Source: a virus. From it: DNA of 64,000 nt. Below the pieces are notes generated by a model. That model did not search any database, was not told the origin of the DNA, and was given only the letters and a program-made list of their open reading frames with translations. A program made the position numbers and the translations under genes. The DNA lies in the IMG/VR virus record IMGVR_UViG_3300025435_000010, positions 1-64,000 of that record, one strand, 5' to 3'. Below, piece after piece: positions 1-8,844 of the stretch. How positions within the stretch are numbered: position 1 is the first letter of the stretch; every line of letters starts with the position of its first letter.

Positions 1-154
1 GTCAGAGTTTGCTATTCAGGATACTGACCCTGGTCACTTTGATACTGATCCTAAGCCTTGTACAAAGATTATCTTTGATAACTGTAACTTAGATGCTATC
101 ATTCATGCTCTCTTAATTTATCAGGATAATCTTAAGTCTATTAACAATCAATAA
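1..154 (+). CDS. 3' end of a hypothetical protein (partial)
   Basis: Open frame from base 2 (SEFAIQDTDPG...NNQ*) ending TAA at 154, 1 nt before the next ATG. Confidence 0.6.
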   Translation, partial: SEFAIQDTDPGHFDTDPKPCTKIIFDNCNLDAIIHALLIYQDNLKSINNQ

Positions 155-155
155 T

Positions 156-380
156 ATGAAAGTAAAAGAACTAATCGAGAAGCTTCAGAAGTTTGACTCA
201 GAGCTTGAAGTCTATGTAGATGGTTACGAGGGAGGTTATGATACCCCTCAAGAACCTTTTCAATCTCCTATGAAGCTAAATGTACACAGTAAAGAGTTTT
301 GGTATTATGGATTACATGAGCTTCATAGAGTAACGGATAATGGTCAACCTGATGCCGAAGCTATAATCATTTCTAGGTAA
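156..380 (+). CDS. Small phage protein, MKVKELIEKLQ family
   Basis: ORF track; N-terminus typical of a widespread small phage family; similar starts at 5946 and 8271. Confidence 0.75.
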   Translation: MKVKELIEKLQKFDSELEVYVDGYEGGYDTPQEPFQSPMKLNVHSKEFWYYGLHELHRVTDNGQPDAEAIIISR

Positions 381-381
381 T

Positions 382-615
382 ATGCTGCAATATATCTTTT
401 GGTCTTCGGTTCTAGGTGATGATGATAAACCAGTTGTTCATCATGGTCATATTACCACATCACCTCCACATTCTACTGATCCTTATATGGCAATTTGGTT
501 TTTTAGCATTATATTTGCAGTAGTCTTTTTAGTTATTAGTATACCTATTCTATCAATCTGGTGGGATATAAAGAAACATCCTAATAAACCGGTAAGGAGA
601 GTGGCAAAGAAATGA
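382..615 (+). CDS. Hypothetical membrane protein
   Basis: One hydrophobic helix followed by a basic tail; tightly packed with neighbours. Confidence 0.65.
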   Translation: MLQYIFWSSVLGDDDKPVVHHGHITTSPPHSTDPYMAIWFFSIIFAVVFLVISIPILSIWWDIKKHPNKPVRRVAKK

Positions 616-716
616 AATTTCTATTCTGTTTAATCTTTGGACACGATTACGAAGTCAGACATTACTATGAAGATCCACATCTTCATTGTACAAGGTGTAA
701 CTATAAGAAGTTCTAA
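612..716 (+). CDS. Small Zn-binding protein (DUF1660-like, C..FGH...CxxC)
   Basis: Hand translation MKFLFCLIFGHDYEVRHYYEDPHLHCTRCNYKKF*; ATGA overlap with the upstream stop. Confidence 0.6.
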   Translation: MKFLFCLIFGHDYEVRHYYEDPHLHCTRCNYKKF

Positions 717-721
717 GGGAC

Positions 722-1207
722 TTACTTCTTCTTATTAGCTTTAGCCTTAGCAGCGCCAGCAATCTTCTCAGCTACCTTTTTACTATAACCAGCCTTTTCA
801 GCAGCTTTCTCTACCTTTGTAAAGACGTGCTTTTCTTTCTTCTCTTCAATGAGACCTAACTCAGGGAGAATATTCTCGCTAACAAAACCCTTAATGCTAT
901 CATCATAAAAACCAGTCATAACATACTCAAGAAATGTTTCAACAGCCTTGTTATTATGTGTACGAGCACGGTCTAATGTCCTCTCCAAGAGGGCCTTATT
1001 AATCTTACCCTCATACCACTTATAGGCAATGAACTTAACTGTACCTTCCTGAATAGGATTATAAGCAGGAGACATAAAAGTAAAACTCGATGTAATTCTA
1101 GAAACAATATCCATCATAAGATCACTATCTCCTACAGTAAGTTGTTCTTCAGGTTGGTTATAGATGCTAGCATAAGCTTCACCTAAGATCTTGTATTCAT
1201 CACGCAT
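722..1207 (-). CDS. Late hypothetical protein, putative internal head protein with Lys/Ala-rich tail
   Basis: TAAATA 6 nt upstream of ATG; N-terminal DEYKILGEAY motif. Confidence 0.7.
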   Translation of the reverse strand: MRDEYKILGEAYASIYNQPEEQLTVGDSDLMMDIVSRITSSFTFMSPAYNPIQEGTVKFIAYKWYEGKINKALLERTLDRARTHNNKAVETFLEYVMTGFYDDSIKGFVSENILPELGLIEEKKEKHVFTKVEKAAEKAGYSKKVAEKIAGAAKAKANKKK

Positions 1208-1238
1208 ATAGATTATTTAGTCATATTAGTTAGTTTTA

Positions 1239-1580
1239 TTAGTGGCAGGAGTGAAGAAGACAGGTTATACAAATAAAAGCTATTGTAAATCCTCCAATTT
1301 TAATATACAAACTAGTCTGCTTTTCGATCTTTTCTTTCTCTTCTAGTTCTCTAGCTCGTTGCTCTCTCCACGCTCTTGTTATCTCTTCTTGATGCTGTTC
1401 CTCTTCTATTCTTTCTCGCTCTACTTTTTCTTCTCTCTCCCATAGTCCTGGTTGATCTCTATAATAGACATTCAAGCACTTACGGCAGCAGAATAGATTG
1501 ATAGGATTAGCACCTCTAAGACCTGAAGACGGTGCCACTAATCTTCCACACTCTAAACAATTATTCATGTTTCTATACAT
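1239..1580 (-). CDS. Zn-finger / coiled-coil / C-terminal TM hypothetical protein
   Basis: CLEC...CCRKC, Glu/Arg-rich helix, hydrophobic C-terminus. Confidence 0.6.
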   Translation of the reverse strand: MYRNMNNCLECGRLVAPSSGLRGANPINLFCCRKCLNVYYRDQPGLWEREEKVERERIEEEQHQEEITRAWREQRARELEEKEKIEKQTSLYIKIGGFTIAFICITCLLHSCH

Positions 1581-1696
1581 TGTAAAGATATTTACAATCT
1601 ATAAAATTAAGGCAAATCTAATCGTTGTTTTGATCTAATAAACTTGTTTATTTTTATACTTGCCTACTGAAGATAACACTGTAATATATTTACATC

Positions 1697-1897
1697 ATGC
1701 ACTTATGGCCTAATCCATCAATTATTCGCGCATCTAAAAAATGGGATGTAAACAATATTCTAGCTAATCGCCCTAAGGGATTATCTGATGAGGAATGGAA
1801 AACTATCGTAGCTGAACATAAGCTTAATAAAAAGATTATGCTTAATATTGTTCCTAAGGAGTCCAAGAAGATCATTAAGCAATCAGATAGAAAGTAA
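1697..1897 (+). CDS. Hypothetical protein
   Basis: ORF track; TTGCCT...TAATAT promoter-like sequence upstream. Confidence 0.5.
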   Translation: MHLWPNPSIIRASKKWDVNNILANRPKGLSDEEWKTIVAEHKLNKKIMLNIVPKESKKIIKQSDRK

Positions 1898-1933
1898 TTT
1901 CGGAGGGAAGCGAGTTTAGCTACGGTAATTTAT

Positions 1934-2010
1934 TCCTCGGTGGGCTAAAGGTAAGCCAACAAACTGTTAATTTGTTCATCATGGAAGTTCGAATCTTCCC
2001 CGGGGAGCCA
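1934..2010 (+). tRNA. tRNA-Asn (GTT)
   Basis: Acceptor TCCTCGG/CCGGGGA, anticodon arm ACAAA-CTGTTAA-TTTGT, T arm GGAAG-TTCGAAT-CTTCC, encoded CCA. Confidence 0.93.
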
Positions 2011-2028
2011 TTTTTAAAATAATTTAAC

Positions 2029-2100
2029 TCCCTTGTAGTGTAATAGGTAACACTTCAGAATTTGGATCTGACATTTGTCGTTCGAGCCGACACGAGGGAA
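2029..2100 (+). tRNA. tRNA-Gln (TTG), no encoded CCA
   Basis: Acceptor TCCCTTG/CGAGGGA, anticodon arm TCAGA-ATTTGGA-TCTGA, T arm TGTCG-TTCGAGC-CGACA. Confidence 0.88.
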
Positions 2101-2756
2101 GTTTTTTTATTAATAATACCTGTAATAATAACCAAGTAAGGAAGAGCGTTTTGCTCTTTAAAATAACCAAGTGAGGAAGCATCAATTATACAGAGTTCAA
2201 TACCTCTCTCAATACAGGCTTGGAACTTTCTGTTATCGTTGTTTTGTATTTTTGAAAGAAGTTCTATTCCGTGTATTGGCTCATAATGGTATATGCCGTT
2301 GAGCTCGAACGCAAGCTTTAACGACGGAATGTAAATATCTAACTCTGAATCAATCGCATCCTTTTTATTAAAATGTAATTCTATATCAGAGTATTGCTCT
2401 GTTAATTTTTTTTCTAACCATACTTCAAGTTTTGAGCGCCTGTTACCAGTTGTTTTATGGGTGTTATTATATTTTGCTGCACATGATTTTGTACAAAATA
2501 TGTTTTTGTATTCTTTAAATTTTCTATTGCTAACCCTATCTTTAGCTTTATTGTATGGTACAGTAGCTGTACAATGCGTACATATTAGAGGAGAAGAGTA
2601 GTAATTTCGCTCGTTTTGTATTCTTTTTTGCTTATTTCTTTCTATTGCTTTTTGAATCTCAATACCTGATCGAGGTTTTTTAGAATGTACTCTCTGATGA
2701 CCGCCACGCGCGTGAGCAGTCTCAAAAACTCTTTCACAATAATCGCATTTATACAT
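2055..2756 (-). CDS. Free-standing homing-type endonuclease: N-terminal Zn fingers plus Vsr/DUF559-like PD-(D/E)XK domain
   Basis: CDYC..H...H finger, CTHC/FCTKSC, ELDIYIPSLKLAFELNGIYHY nuclease motif. Confidence 0.8.
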   Translation of the reverse strand: MYKCDYCERVFETAHARGGHQRVHSKKPRSGIEIQKAIERNKQKRIQNERNYYSSPLICTHCTATVPYNKAKDRVSNRKFKEYKNIFCTKSCAAKYNNTHKTTGNRRSKLEVWLEKKLTEQYSDIELHFNKKDAIDSELDIYIPSLKLAFELNGIYHYEPIHGIELLSKIQNNDNRKFQACIERGIELCIIDASSLGYFKEQNALPYLVIITGIINKKTSLVSARTTNVRSKF

Positions 2757-2781
2757 ATATTTATTTATTCGAATATATGTT

Positions 2782-2817
2782 TTCGACTCCTACTCAAGGA
2801 GCTTTTCCCTCGTAGCC
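2782..2817 (+). pseudogene. Possible tRNA remnants (T-loop plus 3' acceptor half, followed by a tRNA-like 5' start)
   Basis: TTCGACTCCTACTCAAGGAGC resembles a tRNA 3' end; TCCCTCGTAGCC resembles a tRNA 5' end. Confidence 0.35.
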
Positions 2818-2822
2818 AGAAA

Positions 2823-2912
2823 TTAACGGTCGTTCTTATTGTATAACATTCGAGCAATAACTAGTGAGGTTAACAAACAAACAGCTAACAATAAACAATC
2901 GTTCTGATTCAT
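2823..2912 (-). CDS. 29-aa hydrophobic peptide
   Basis: MNQNDCLLLAVCLLTSLVIARMLYNKNDR*, preceded by TTGATA...TATAAT on the minus strand. Confidence 0.45.
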   Translation of the reverse strand: MNQNDCLLLAVCLLTSLVIARMLYNKNDR

Positions 2913-2995
2913 ACAAAAATATTATAGATACTTAAAAAGTTATCAAGCAGAAAATTCTGCTTGTGGTTCCTATTTGTTTGAGCCATAATAATAGT

Positions 2996-3466
2996 ATGAA
3001 AAATAAAAACAACGTCAACGATATTATTCTAACTTTTACTAATACTGGAAAGCTTCCGACAAAGTATATTACCTGTACAAAGTGTAACGCCGAAGTTACA
3101 GCCTTTGGAAGTAACCTTGAAGGTAAGATTAAGAAGTTCGGAACTCTCTTTAATCTTCTTACAACTTTTGAGTGCCGGAAGTGTGTGTCAGCTTCCAAAC
3201 CTAAGAAGGAGAAGAAGATCTCTGTTCGGATTATGAAGCGGGAGAAGAAAGAGGAGATTAAGAACTATGAGATTCCTAAGATGAAGTGGAGTATCCCGCG
3301 GAACGTTTTTCTTAAAGACGCTCCTGATCTTATCGAGGATCATACAAAGCATAGTTGCGCTGCTCCTCAGCTCTTTCTCAACAACGGACGGAATTGCGAT
3401 GGATGCGCTTTTTGGAATAACTGTCAGTGTCCGATTAAGACTGCTAACGAATTTGCTGCAAAATAA
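2996..3466 (+). CDS. Early Cys-rich (Zn-binding) protein, paralog of 12296
   Basis: Start corrected to the promoter-linked ATG (MKNKNN); CTKC, CRKC, CDGC motifs. Confidence 0.75.
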   Translation: MKNKNNVNDIILTFTNTGKLPTKYITCTKCNAEVTAFGSNLEGKIKKFGTLFNLLTTFECRKCVSASKPKKEKKISVRIMKREKKEEIKNYEIPKMKWSIPRNVFLKDAPDLIEDHTKHSCAAPQLFLNNGRNCDGCAFWNNCQCPIKTANEFAAK

Positions 3467-3467
3467 T

Positions 3468-3629
3468 ATGCAATACAAACTCGCTTATTTTATTATTTGG
3501 TCCTACAGACTTCTCTTTAAGGTAGGTACATACGATCATTATAGGCTTACGTACTTACTTGAGGATATTAACGAAGAAGAGTATCGTTATAGTATTTCTA
3601 AACTTCTAAATAGAACCTGGGACATTTAA
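3468..3629 (+). CDS. Hypothetical protein
   Basis: ATG 1 nt after the upstream stop. Confidence 0.55.
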   Translation: MQYKLAYFIIWSYRLLFKVGTYDHYRLTYLLEDINEEEYRYSISKLLNRTWDI

Positions 3630-3630
3630 T

Positions 3631-4017
3631 ATGAACAGATACAAAGTATATATTGCTAAACTAAAGAGAACAAATACTATTCCCCGTGTTGTTCTAAAGA
3701 TAGGCATTACATCCTCTTCGGATGCTATGGATAGGCTTACTTACAAGGGAGCTGATGAATTATATCCTATTTCCAATTACTTTTCTGATATTAAGATTAT
3801 GAAAACATCTCAGAGAATTTACTCTAAAGAAGAGGCAGAGAGTATTGAAGCCTATATTATGCAAAGTATTAAGGGATCTGATTTATATTTTCATAATTGG
3901 AGAGAACCAGATCAAATCTCTGGTATTACAGAGATGCGTACTTGGAACTACGATGAGTTTCTCAAGGCAGTAGATCTACTAAAACAAGCTTGTAGTTCCC
4001 AGCCTGTTCATACATAA
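3631..4017 (+). CDS. GIY-YIG-superfamily-like protein (T5orf172/MUG113-like)
   Basis: YKVYI...LKIGITS...DRL and a downstream E..E motif. Confidence 0.55.
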   Translation: MNRYKVYIAKLKRTNTIPRVVLKIGITSSSDAMDRLTYKGADELYPISNYFSDIKIMKTSQRIYSKEEAESIEAYIMQSIKGSDLYFHNWREPDQISGITEMRTWNYDEFLKAVDLLKQACSSQPVHT

Positions 4018-4036
4018 TCCTTTTATCAATTAAATT

Positions 4037-4369
4037 ATGGGTGCGTACATCTACAGACTAAAAGGAACAAAAGCTTTTGAAGAGCTTACTATTGAAGGTA
4101 AGAAGGAAAAGGTCTACGATTACGTTTACTGGTACAAGCCCTATTACACAGGTCTTTACGAGAAGGAACCTAAATGGATGAAGCCTATTAAGATGCTTGA
4201 TGCCAGACTCCGTAAGGCTTTTGAGAAGGTCGAGCCTGTCAAGTGGGTTCGTCATGTTAATGAAGGGGGCGTTAAGGATGACGAGATCATTGAATGGCCT
4301 GGTGGTATTTGTATTAGTGATTACAACGAGCGTTATCAGACTGCTCGGAGAATTTCGATTAAAAAATAA
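4037..4369 (+). CDS. Early hypothetical protein
   Basis: ORF downstream of the repeat promoter at 3990. Confidence 0.75.
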   Translation: MGAYIYRLKGTKAFEELTIEGKKEKVYDYVYWYKPYYTGLYEKEPKWMKPIKMLDARLRKAFEKVEPVKWVRHVNEGGVKDDEIIEWPGGICISDYNERYQTARRISIKK

Positions 4370-4370
4370 T

Positions 4371-4790
4371 ATGTTAAAGAGAGATAATTGGACTACAGCT
4401 GAAGCAATCAACATTATTAAAGGTGGGACAATTGCATGGTGTAGTGAAGGTGGAGACATAGAAGACAATCCAGACTATTACGCAAACCTTGATCGTAACA
4501 AAGGTATCTATAAAGTTATTGAGAGTGTTAAAGGGTGGGATAGGGAGATTTGGACTAATGACGAATTGATTGAATTTCTTGATGAAGCAAAAATTCGTGT
4601 CAAGATGGATGATGCAAAAACTTGGTCCAAAGCTGAATATGACTCTGTAGTAGAGTACAATCATGGTCTTGAATGTAGTATTATTCAACTCTGGGATCTT
4701 AAAGCAAATCCAGAAGAGTCTTATAGTGCTATGGCTTTAGATACAGAGACAGGACAAATTGTAGTTATCAGTTCACCGCTTCCTCAATAA
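4371..4790 (+). CDS. Early hypothetical protein
   Basis: Start corrected to MLKRDNW, 1 nt after the upstream stop. Confidence 0.7.
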   Translation: MLKRDNWTTAEAINIIKGGTIAWCSEGGDIEDNPDYYANLDRNKGIYKVIESVKGWDREIWTNDELIEFLDEAKIRVKMDDAKTWSKAEYDSVVEYNHGLECSIIQLWDLKANPEESYSAMALDTETGQIVVISSPLPQ

Positions 4791-4870
4791 TCTTCTTGCA
4801 CTATTCAGCTCGTTCATACATAATACTTGTATGAAGAATAAATCAACCCTAACCCCAACTAAGTAACCCC

Positions 4871-5044
4871 ATGTCAACATACTCAAAAATTATTGCTTTT
4901 ACCTCGTTCTTTAACATCCTATTCTGTACCTTTGAACTCGGTCGGATCTCAGCAGGTGGTCAAATGTCCTTGCTTTCAACTCTTATCATTGCTGTAATCT
5001 CTATAGCTTCAATGGTCGATGCCTTCTCTACTCCATCAAAGTAA
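4871..5044 (+). CDS. Small two-helix membrane protein
   Basis: Hand translation MSTYSKIIAFTSFFNILF...LIIAVISIASMVDAFSTPSK*. Confidence 0.6.
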   Translation: MSTYSKIIAFTSFFNILFCTFELGRISAGGQMSLLSTLIIAVISIASMVDAFSTPSK

Positions 5045-5045
5045 T

Positions 5046-5216
5046 ATGGAACCAACACTACTAACCGAAACTATAGATCCTAATAAATGTGTAGGAGCTG
5101 TACATGATTGTAAGAATCCTGCTACCTGCTCCGTTAATCATCGTACTCTTGGTGATATAAGAGTATGTGAAGCCTGTAAAGTTATTGTAGAGAATCTAAA
5201 CTATGAATCTAACTGA
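5046..5216 (+). CDS. Small Cys-rich protein
   Basis: C..C...C...CEAC; start MEPTLL directly after the upstream stop. Confidence 0.6.
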   Translation: MEPTLLTETIDPNKCVGAVHDCKNPATCSVNHRTLGDIRVCEACKVIVENLNYESN

Positions 5217-5454
5217 ACCAACTCTCCGTAGATCGGAGTTTCGTAAACTATTAAACATTCGTTGCTGTAATGAATTTGGGCTAGGTTTAATGGATCTTCC
5301 TGATATTATCTGTATTGATGATGTTTATTGGGAGGGTATTACTCTCAAAGAAGCTAATCAAATGATTGATGGATGTATAGATGATATTAAGGACGAGCTT
5401 GGATATACTACTGTACATACGGTTAACGCACCTGTTTACGATATAAACGAATAA
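5203..5454 (+). CDS. Early hypothetical protein
   Basis: ORF track, operon packing. Confidence 0.65.
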   Translation: MNLTEPTLRRSEFRKLLNIRCCNEFGLGLMDLPDIICIDDVYWEGITLKEANQMIDGCIDDIKDELGYTTVHTVNAPVYDINE

Positions 5455-5457
5455 ACT

Positions 5458-5679
5458 ATGAGGACAATTAAACTAAAGGCAACTATCAACTACACTGTTA
5501 ATATCGAACAGATTGTTGAAGTCTCTGAAGAGGATAATCGTAATACACTTCATGAGAAGGCAAAAGAACTAGCTCTAATTGGCATTGAGTCTAATCCTAA
5601 TGTCAGTAGTGAGGTGAGGGAGCTGTACATTGCTGATATCGATTCTGAAGGTAATCCTATTGTCTGGGTTCGACCATAA
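5458..5679 (+). CDS. Early hypothetical protein
   Basis: ORF track, operon packing. Confidence 0.65.
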   Translation: MRTIKLKATINYTVNIEQIVEVSEEDNRNTLHEKAKELALIGIESNPNVSSEVRELYIADIDSEGNPIVWVRP

Positions 5680-5719
5680 TAGGCTTGCTACTTCCTTAAA
5701 ATCTATCTATACTAATAGT

Positions 5720-5944
5720 ATGGAAAATAAGACATATACAAAGAAGCAAATCAACAACTACAAGAATTACGAGATCATTCGTAAGTCTGGAGCATATAAT
5801 ATGTTCTCCTCTCAAGCTCGGCTCTCTACAGGATTAACTAAAGATGAGTATCTATTTGTAATGGAGAACTATAAAGAGCTTAAAGATGTTGCTGCAAGCT
5901 TTGATGCTGATAACTATCTTCTCAAACAAGTAGATCATAACTAA
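5720..5944 (+). CDS. Early protein, DUF5049-like (IRKSGAYNMF)
   Basis: Leaderless start MENKT after the repeat promoter; IRxSGxxNMF motif. Confidence 0.65.
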   Translation: MENKTYTKKQINNYKNYEIIRKSGAYNMFSSQARLSTGLTKDEYLFVMENYKELKDVAASFDADNYLLKQVDHN

Positions 5945-5945
5945 T

Positions 5946-6134
5946 ATGACATACCAAGATCTCATAGATAAGATTCATCTTCTTGGATGTTACAAAGATC
6001 CAGTTAAGCTCATGTCTATGCATACCAATGATGTGTTTAAGATTTCTACTTGGCATGAAGCGAAAGAAAATATACCATATGAAGATATTGAGAAAGATCA
6101 AATTATCTTTGATATTGAACTAAACAACTACTAA
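5946..6134 (+). CDS. Early hypothetical protein
   Basis: ORF track. Confidence 0.65.
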   Translation: MTYQDLIDKIHLLGCYKDPVKLMSMHTNDVFKISTWHEAKENIPYEDIEKDQIIFDIELNNY

Positions 6135-6277
6135 CATTTTATAAACGATCTAGAAATAGAATGCAAGGAGAGCTTGCTCGGGTCTTTTTTAACATAAAAG
6201 TTAATTTTATTAACCTCATTGAACATCTAGATTGTTTTTTTCTTGTTGATTCCTAAAACTAAAGCCATAATAAGCGT

Positions 6278-6430
6278 ATGAAAAATGAAATACCAGAACA
6301 AGTAAAAGCTGAAATCGAAGCTCTCTATATGGAGATTGAAGGCCTAAAGGAGGTCGTTAATAACAATAAAGCTGTTCTTCATGATTTAATTGAAATTCTC
6401 AAGAACGTAAAAATTCCCTATCATGCTTAA
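6278..6430 (+). CDS. Early 50-aa coiled-coil protein
   Basis: Leaderless MKNEIPEQ... after the promoter at 6243. Confidence 0.65.
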   Translation: MKNEIPEQVKAEIEALYMEIEGLKEVVNNNKAVLHDLIEILKNVKIPYHA

Positions 6431-6635
6431 TCTACAGCCATACGTTGATAAGGTCTGGGCTGCTTCAGACCGAGAGGAGAAGATTAAAGCTCTTACGGAG
6501 ATGGTTAATGCTTCTACAGCTAAGAAACTCACAAAGATTAAAACCCTCCGTGATATGGTTCACATGAGCAATACTCAGTTAGATTTTCTAGCGAGTAACT
6601 ATTCAATGTCTGGAATGGGTATGAAGGTTATTTAA
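6423..6635 (+). CDS. Early hypothetical protein
   Basis: ORF track. Confidence 0.7.
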   Translation: MLNLQPYVDKVWAASDREEKIKALTEMVNASTAKKLTKIKTLRDMVHMSNTQLDFLASNYSMSGMGMKVI

Positions 6636-6855
6636 GATGATTAAATACCTATGTGCAGGAACAACCTAAGGTAGAACAACTTATAAGCATACTTGAGCAG
6701 ATAGGAAAACCTCCGCTCGTAATCATAGATATTCTATCTAACATAATTAAACAACAAATGATGTATGGAGGTTCTTTAGAAGATAAACTTCAATATCATA
6801 TTGAAACAAATAAAAAAAGCTTGTAACTTCCGATAGAAGCATTCATAATGAATGT

Positions 6856-7050
6856 ATGAAAAATAAAGATACAGAAATTGTTGCTGAATACATTCACGAT
6901 CTTATCATCGAGCATGATGGTAAGGATATTGATACTGCTATCTTTGGCGGTGAAGAATGGATGGTAAAGATGTCAGCTCTTGATCATTCCGCTGTTACTC
7001 TCTCCGGAGGTGAAGGGCGAGTGTTTAGGATTACAGTTGAGGAGATTTAA
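6856..7050 (+). CDS. Early cassette protein (MKNKD)
   Basis: Repeat promoter 6 nt upstream. Confidence 0.8.
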   Translation: MKNKDTEIVAEYIHDLIIEHDGKDIDTAIFGGEEWMVKMSALDHSAVTLSGGEGRVFRITVEEI

Positions 7051-7051
7051 T

Positions 7052-7330
7052 ATGTACCGCAGATCATTTAAGCACAAGTATTGGTATCCGATATCAGTAG
7101 ACATTGAGAGAACTTTGCGGAAGTTTCGCAGACTTGTAGATCGAACTTATCGAAAGATCTGGCCTTATATTTTTACTGCTTTTATTCTCTTCTGGCTTTT
7201 TATTGCCTATACACGAATGAAGTATGATTACTCACTCATTCATAATTACGCTAATCTTGATACTCCTTTCTCTGACTACTATACAAAGTGGAACACAGAA
7301 GGTAAGCCTGGACAGGACCCTCCAAAGTAA
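7052..7330 (+). CDS. Early membrane protein
   Basis: Start MYRRSF after the upstream stop; one TM helix. Confidence 0.65.
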   Translation: MYRRSFKHKYWYPISVDIERTLRKFRRLVDRTYRKIWPYIFTAFILFWLFIAYTRMKYDYSLIHNYANLDTPFSDYYTKWNTEGKPGQDPPK

Positions 7331-7368
7331 TTCTTGTAATTCCTTTTCGATTTCTTTATACTGAATGT

Positions 7369-7587
7369 ATGAAAATTGAAACTGACGAAGACATGGTAAC
7401 TACTGATGATATTGTTGAAACTCTCATGGATGCGTATGAAGGATATGCAGACATCAATGATATGAACGCTAAGATTCAAGGAACGTTTGAGGGTCTAGGT
7501 TACCTCACTCGAAATAAAGGATTCACTATTAGGGTTGGTTCTAGGCCTAATGTTCAGGAGTTTCAAGTCACAGTAACACCTCGTTAA
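7369..7587 (+). CDS. Early cassette protein
   Basis: Repeat promoter; TFEGLGYLTRNKGF motif. Confidence 0.8.
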   Translation: MKIETDEDMVTTDDIVETLMDAYEGYADINDMNAKIQGTFEGLGYLTRNKGFTIRVGSRPNVQEFQVTVTPR

Positions 7588-7588
7588 T

Positions 7589-7756
7589 ATGACTGAAAAG
7601 ACATTTGAAAAGAAGCACAAACTTCTCTGGTCTCAATATAAGAAGGCTTACACAAAGTCGATTAAACAACAGCAAAAAGCTGACCTTCTTAGGGATGAAG
7701 CTAATAAACTTCACGTCAAAGTCTGGGAGTTAGAAGCGAAATTTGCCAATCAATAA
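7589..7756 (+). CDS. Early 55-aa helical protein
   Basis: Hand translation MTEKTFEKKHK...EAKFANQ*; fills the gap between cassettes. Confidence 0.6.
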   Translation: MTEKTFEKKHKLLWSQYKKAYTKSIKQQQKADLLRDEANKLHVKVWELEAKFANQ

Positions 7757-7793
7757 GCTTGAAATTCCTATAGGATTTCTTTATCATAAGAGT

Positions 7794-7982
7794 ATGAAAA
7801 ATAAAAACGAAGAGTTCATCAGTTGGATTGCCGATTACTTGCATGAGTTGGAATACAAGTACTCTGAGACTTCAGCAGATAGAGAGAAGTTTCTACTAGT
7901 TAATGAGATTTCTGATACCATTAACGAGAAGTATAGTGAGATGGTTCTAGGTCTTCCGTCAGAGTCTGAAGAAGAAGCTTGA
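7794..7982 (+). CDS. Early cassette protein (MKNKN)
   Basis: Repeat promoter; its TGA stop is part of the next -35 box. Confidence 0.8.
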   Translation: MKNKNEEFISWIADYLHELEYKYSETSADREKFLLVNEISDTINEKYSEMVLGLPSESEEEA

Positions 7983-8013
7983 AATTCCTAAGGGATTACC
8001 TTATACTGGTAGT

Positions 8014-8265
8014 ATGAAAATTAAGGCATACGAATACAAACAAATGACAGAGGAAGAGCGTTCGATGACTCTCTTCTATACGATCGAGGGAATGGTTGAA
8101 TCTCTTCAAATTATTGGAAATGAGTTAGATACTGAATCTTCGACTGGATGTTCACGCCTAGCTCTTATCTCTGAACTTGAAGAGAAAATTGAAGCCCTTT
8201 ACTCTAGAGTTCACAAGGACTTTGTAGATAACAAAACCAAAAATACAATCACCTACTCCATCTAA
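8014..8265 (+). CDS. Early cassette protein
   Basis: Repeat promoter. Confidence 0.8.
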   Translation: MKIKAYEYKQMTEEERSMTLFYTIEGMVESLQIIGNELDTESSTGCSRLALISELEEKIEALYSRVHKDFVDNKTKNTITYSI

Positions 8266-8270
8266 AACAT

Positions 8271-8462
8271 ATGACATACAAAGAACTAATCGAAGAACTG
8301 CAGAAGATTCCAGCAGATAGACTTGGAGATACAATTACTGTATACGATCCGGATAGGGATGACTATTGTGGGGTTAATCATATGTCAGTAGCCCTAGATA
8401 ATAACAACGATGTATTGGATGAAGGACATGCCTATTTGGTTCTTCGTTCATATGGATTCTAA
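8271..8462 (+). CDS. Small phage protein (MTYKELIEELQ family)
   Basis: Similar N-terminus to 156..380. Confidence 0.7.
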   Translation: MTYKELIEELQKIPADRLGDTITVYDPDRDDYCGVNHMSVALDNNNDVLDEGHAYLVLRSYGF

Positions 8463-8533
8463 CATGAACGAAGACTTTGATGGACTAGGTCTTTAGACTT
8501 GAAATTCCTTTTTGATTCCTTTATACTAATAGT

Positions 8534-8800
8534 ATGAAAAAAGCTAAGATTGAGGATGTACTCAATACAATCTCCGAACTTAGTAGAAGGAGGGAAGAAG
8601 GAGACAATCCTTACCGTAAAGTAAACGAACTTCAATCTATTATAGGAAGTACATTAAATGGTGTATATCCTAGCCTTCAGGAAGCTATTAACATTAGATA
8701 CAAGAAGATTAAAGAAGAAGTTGATGGACTAAAACCTATTCGTAAACCTTTTAGTAGCGGGATGGAGGATGAGATGCTCGTAAGAGAGTATGATTGGTAA
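8534..8800 (+). CDS. Early cassette protein
   Basis: Repeat promoter. Confidence 0.8.
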   Translation: MKKAKIEDVLNTISELSRRREEGDNPYRKVNELQSIIGSTLNGVYPSLQEAINIRYKKIKEEVDGLKPIRKPFSSGMEDEMLVREYDW

Positions 8801-8844
8801 TAGTAAAGCTTGAATTCCTAATAGAATTCCCATATACTCATAGT

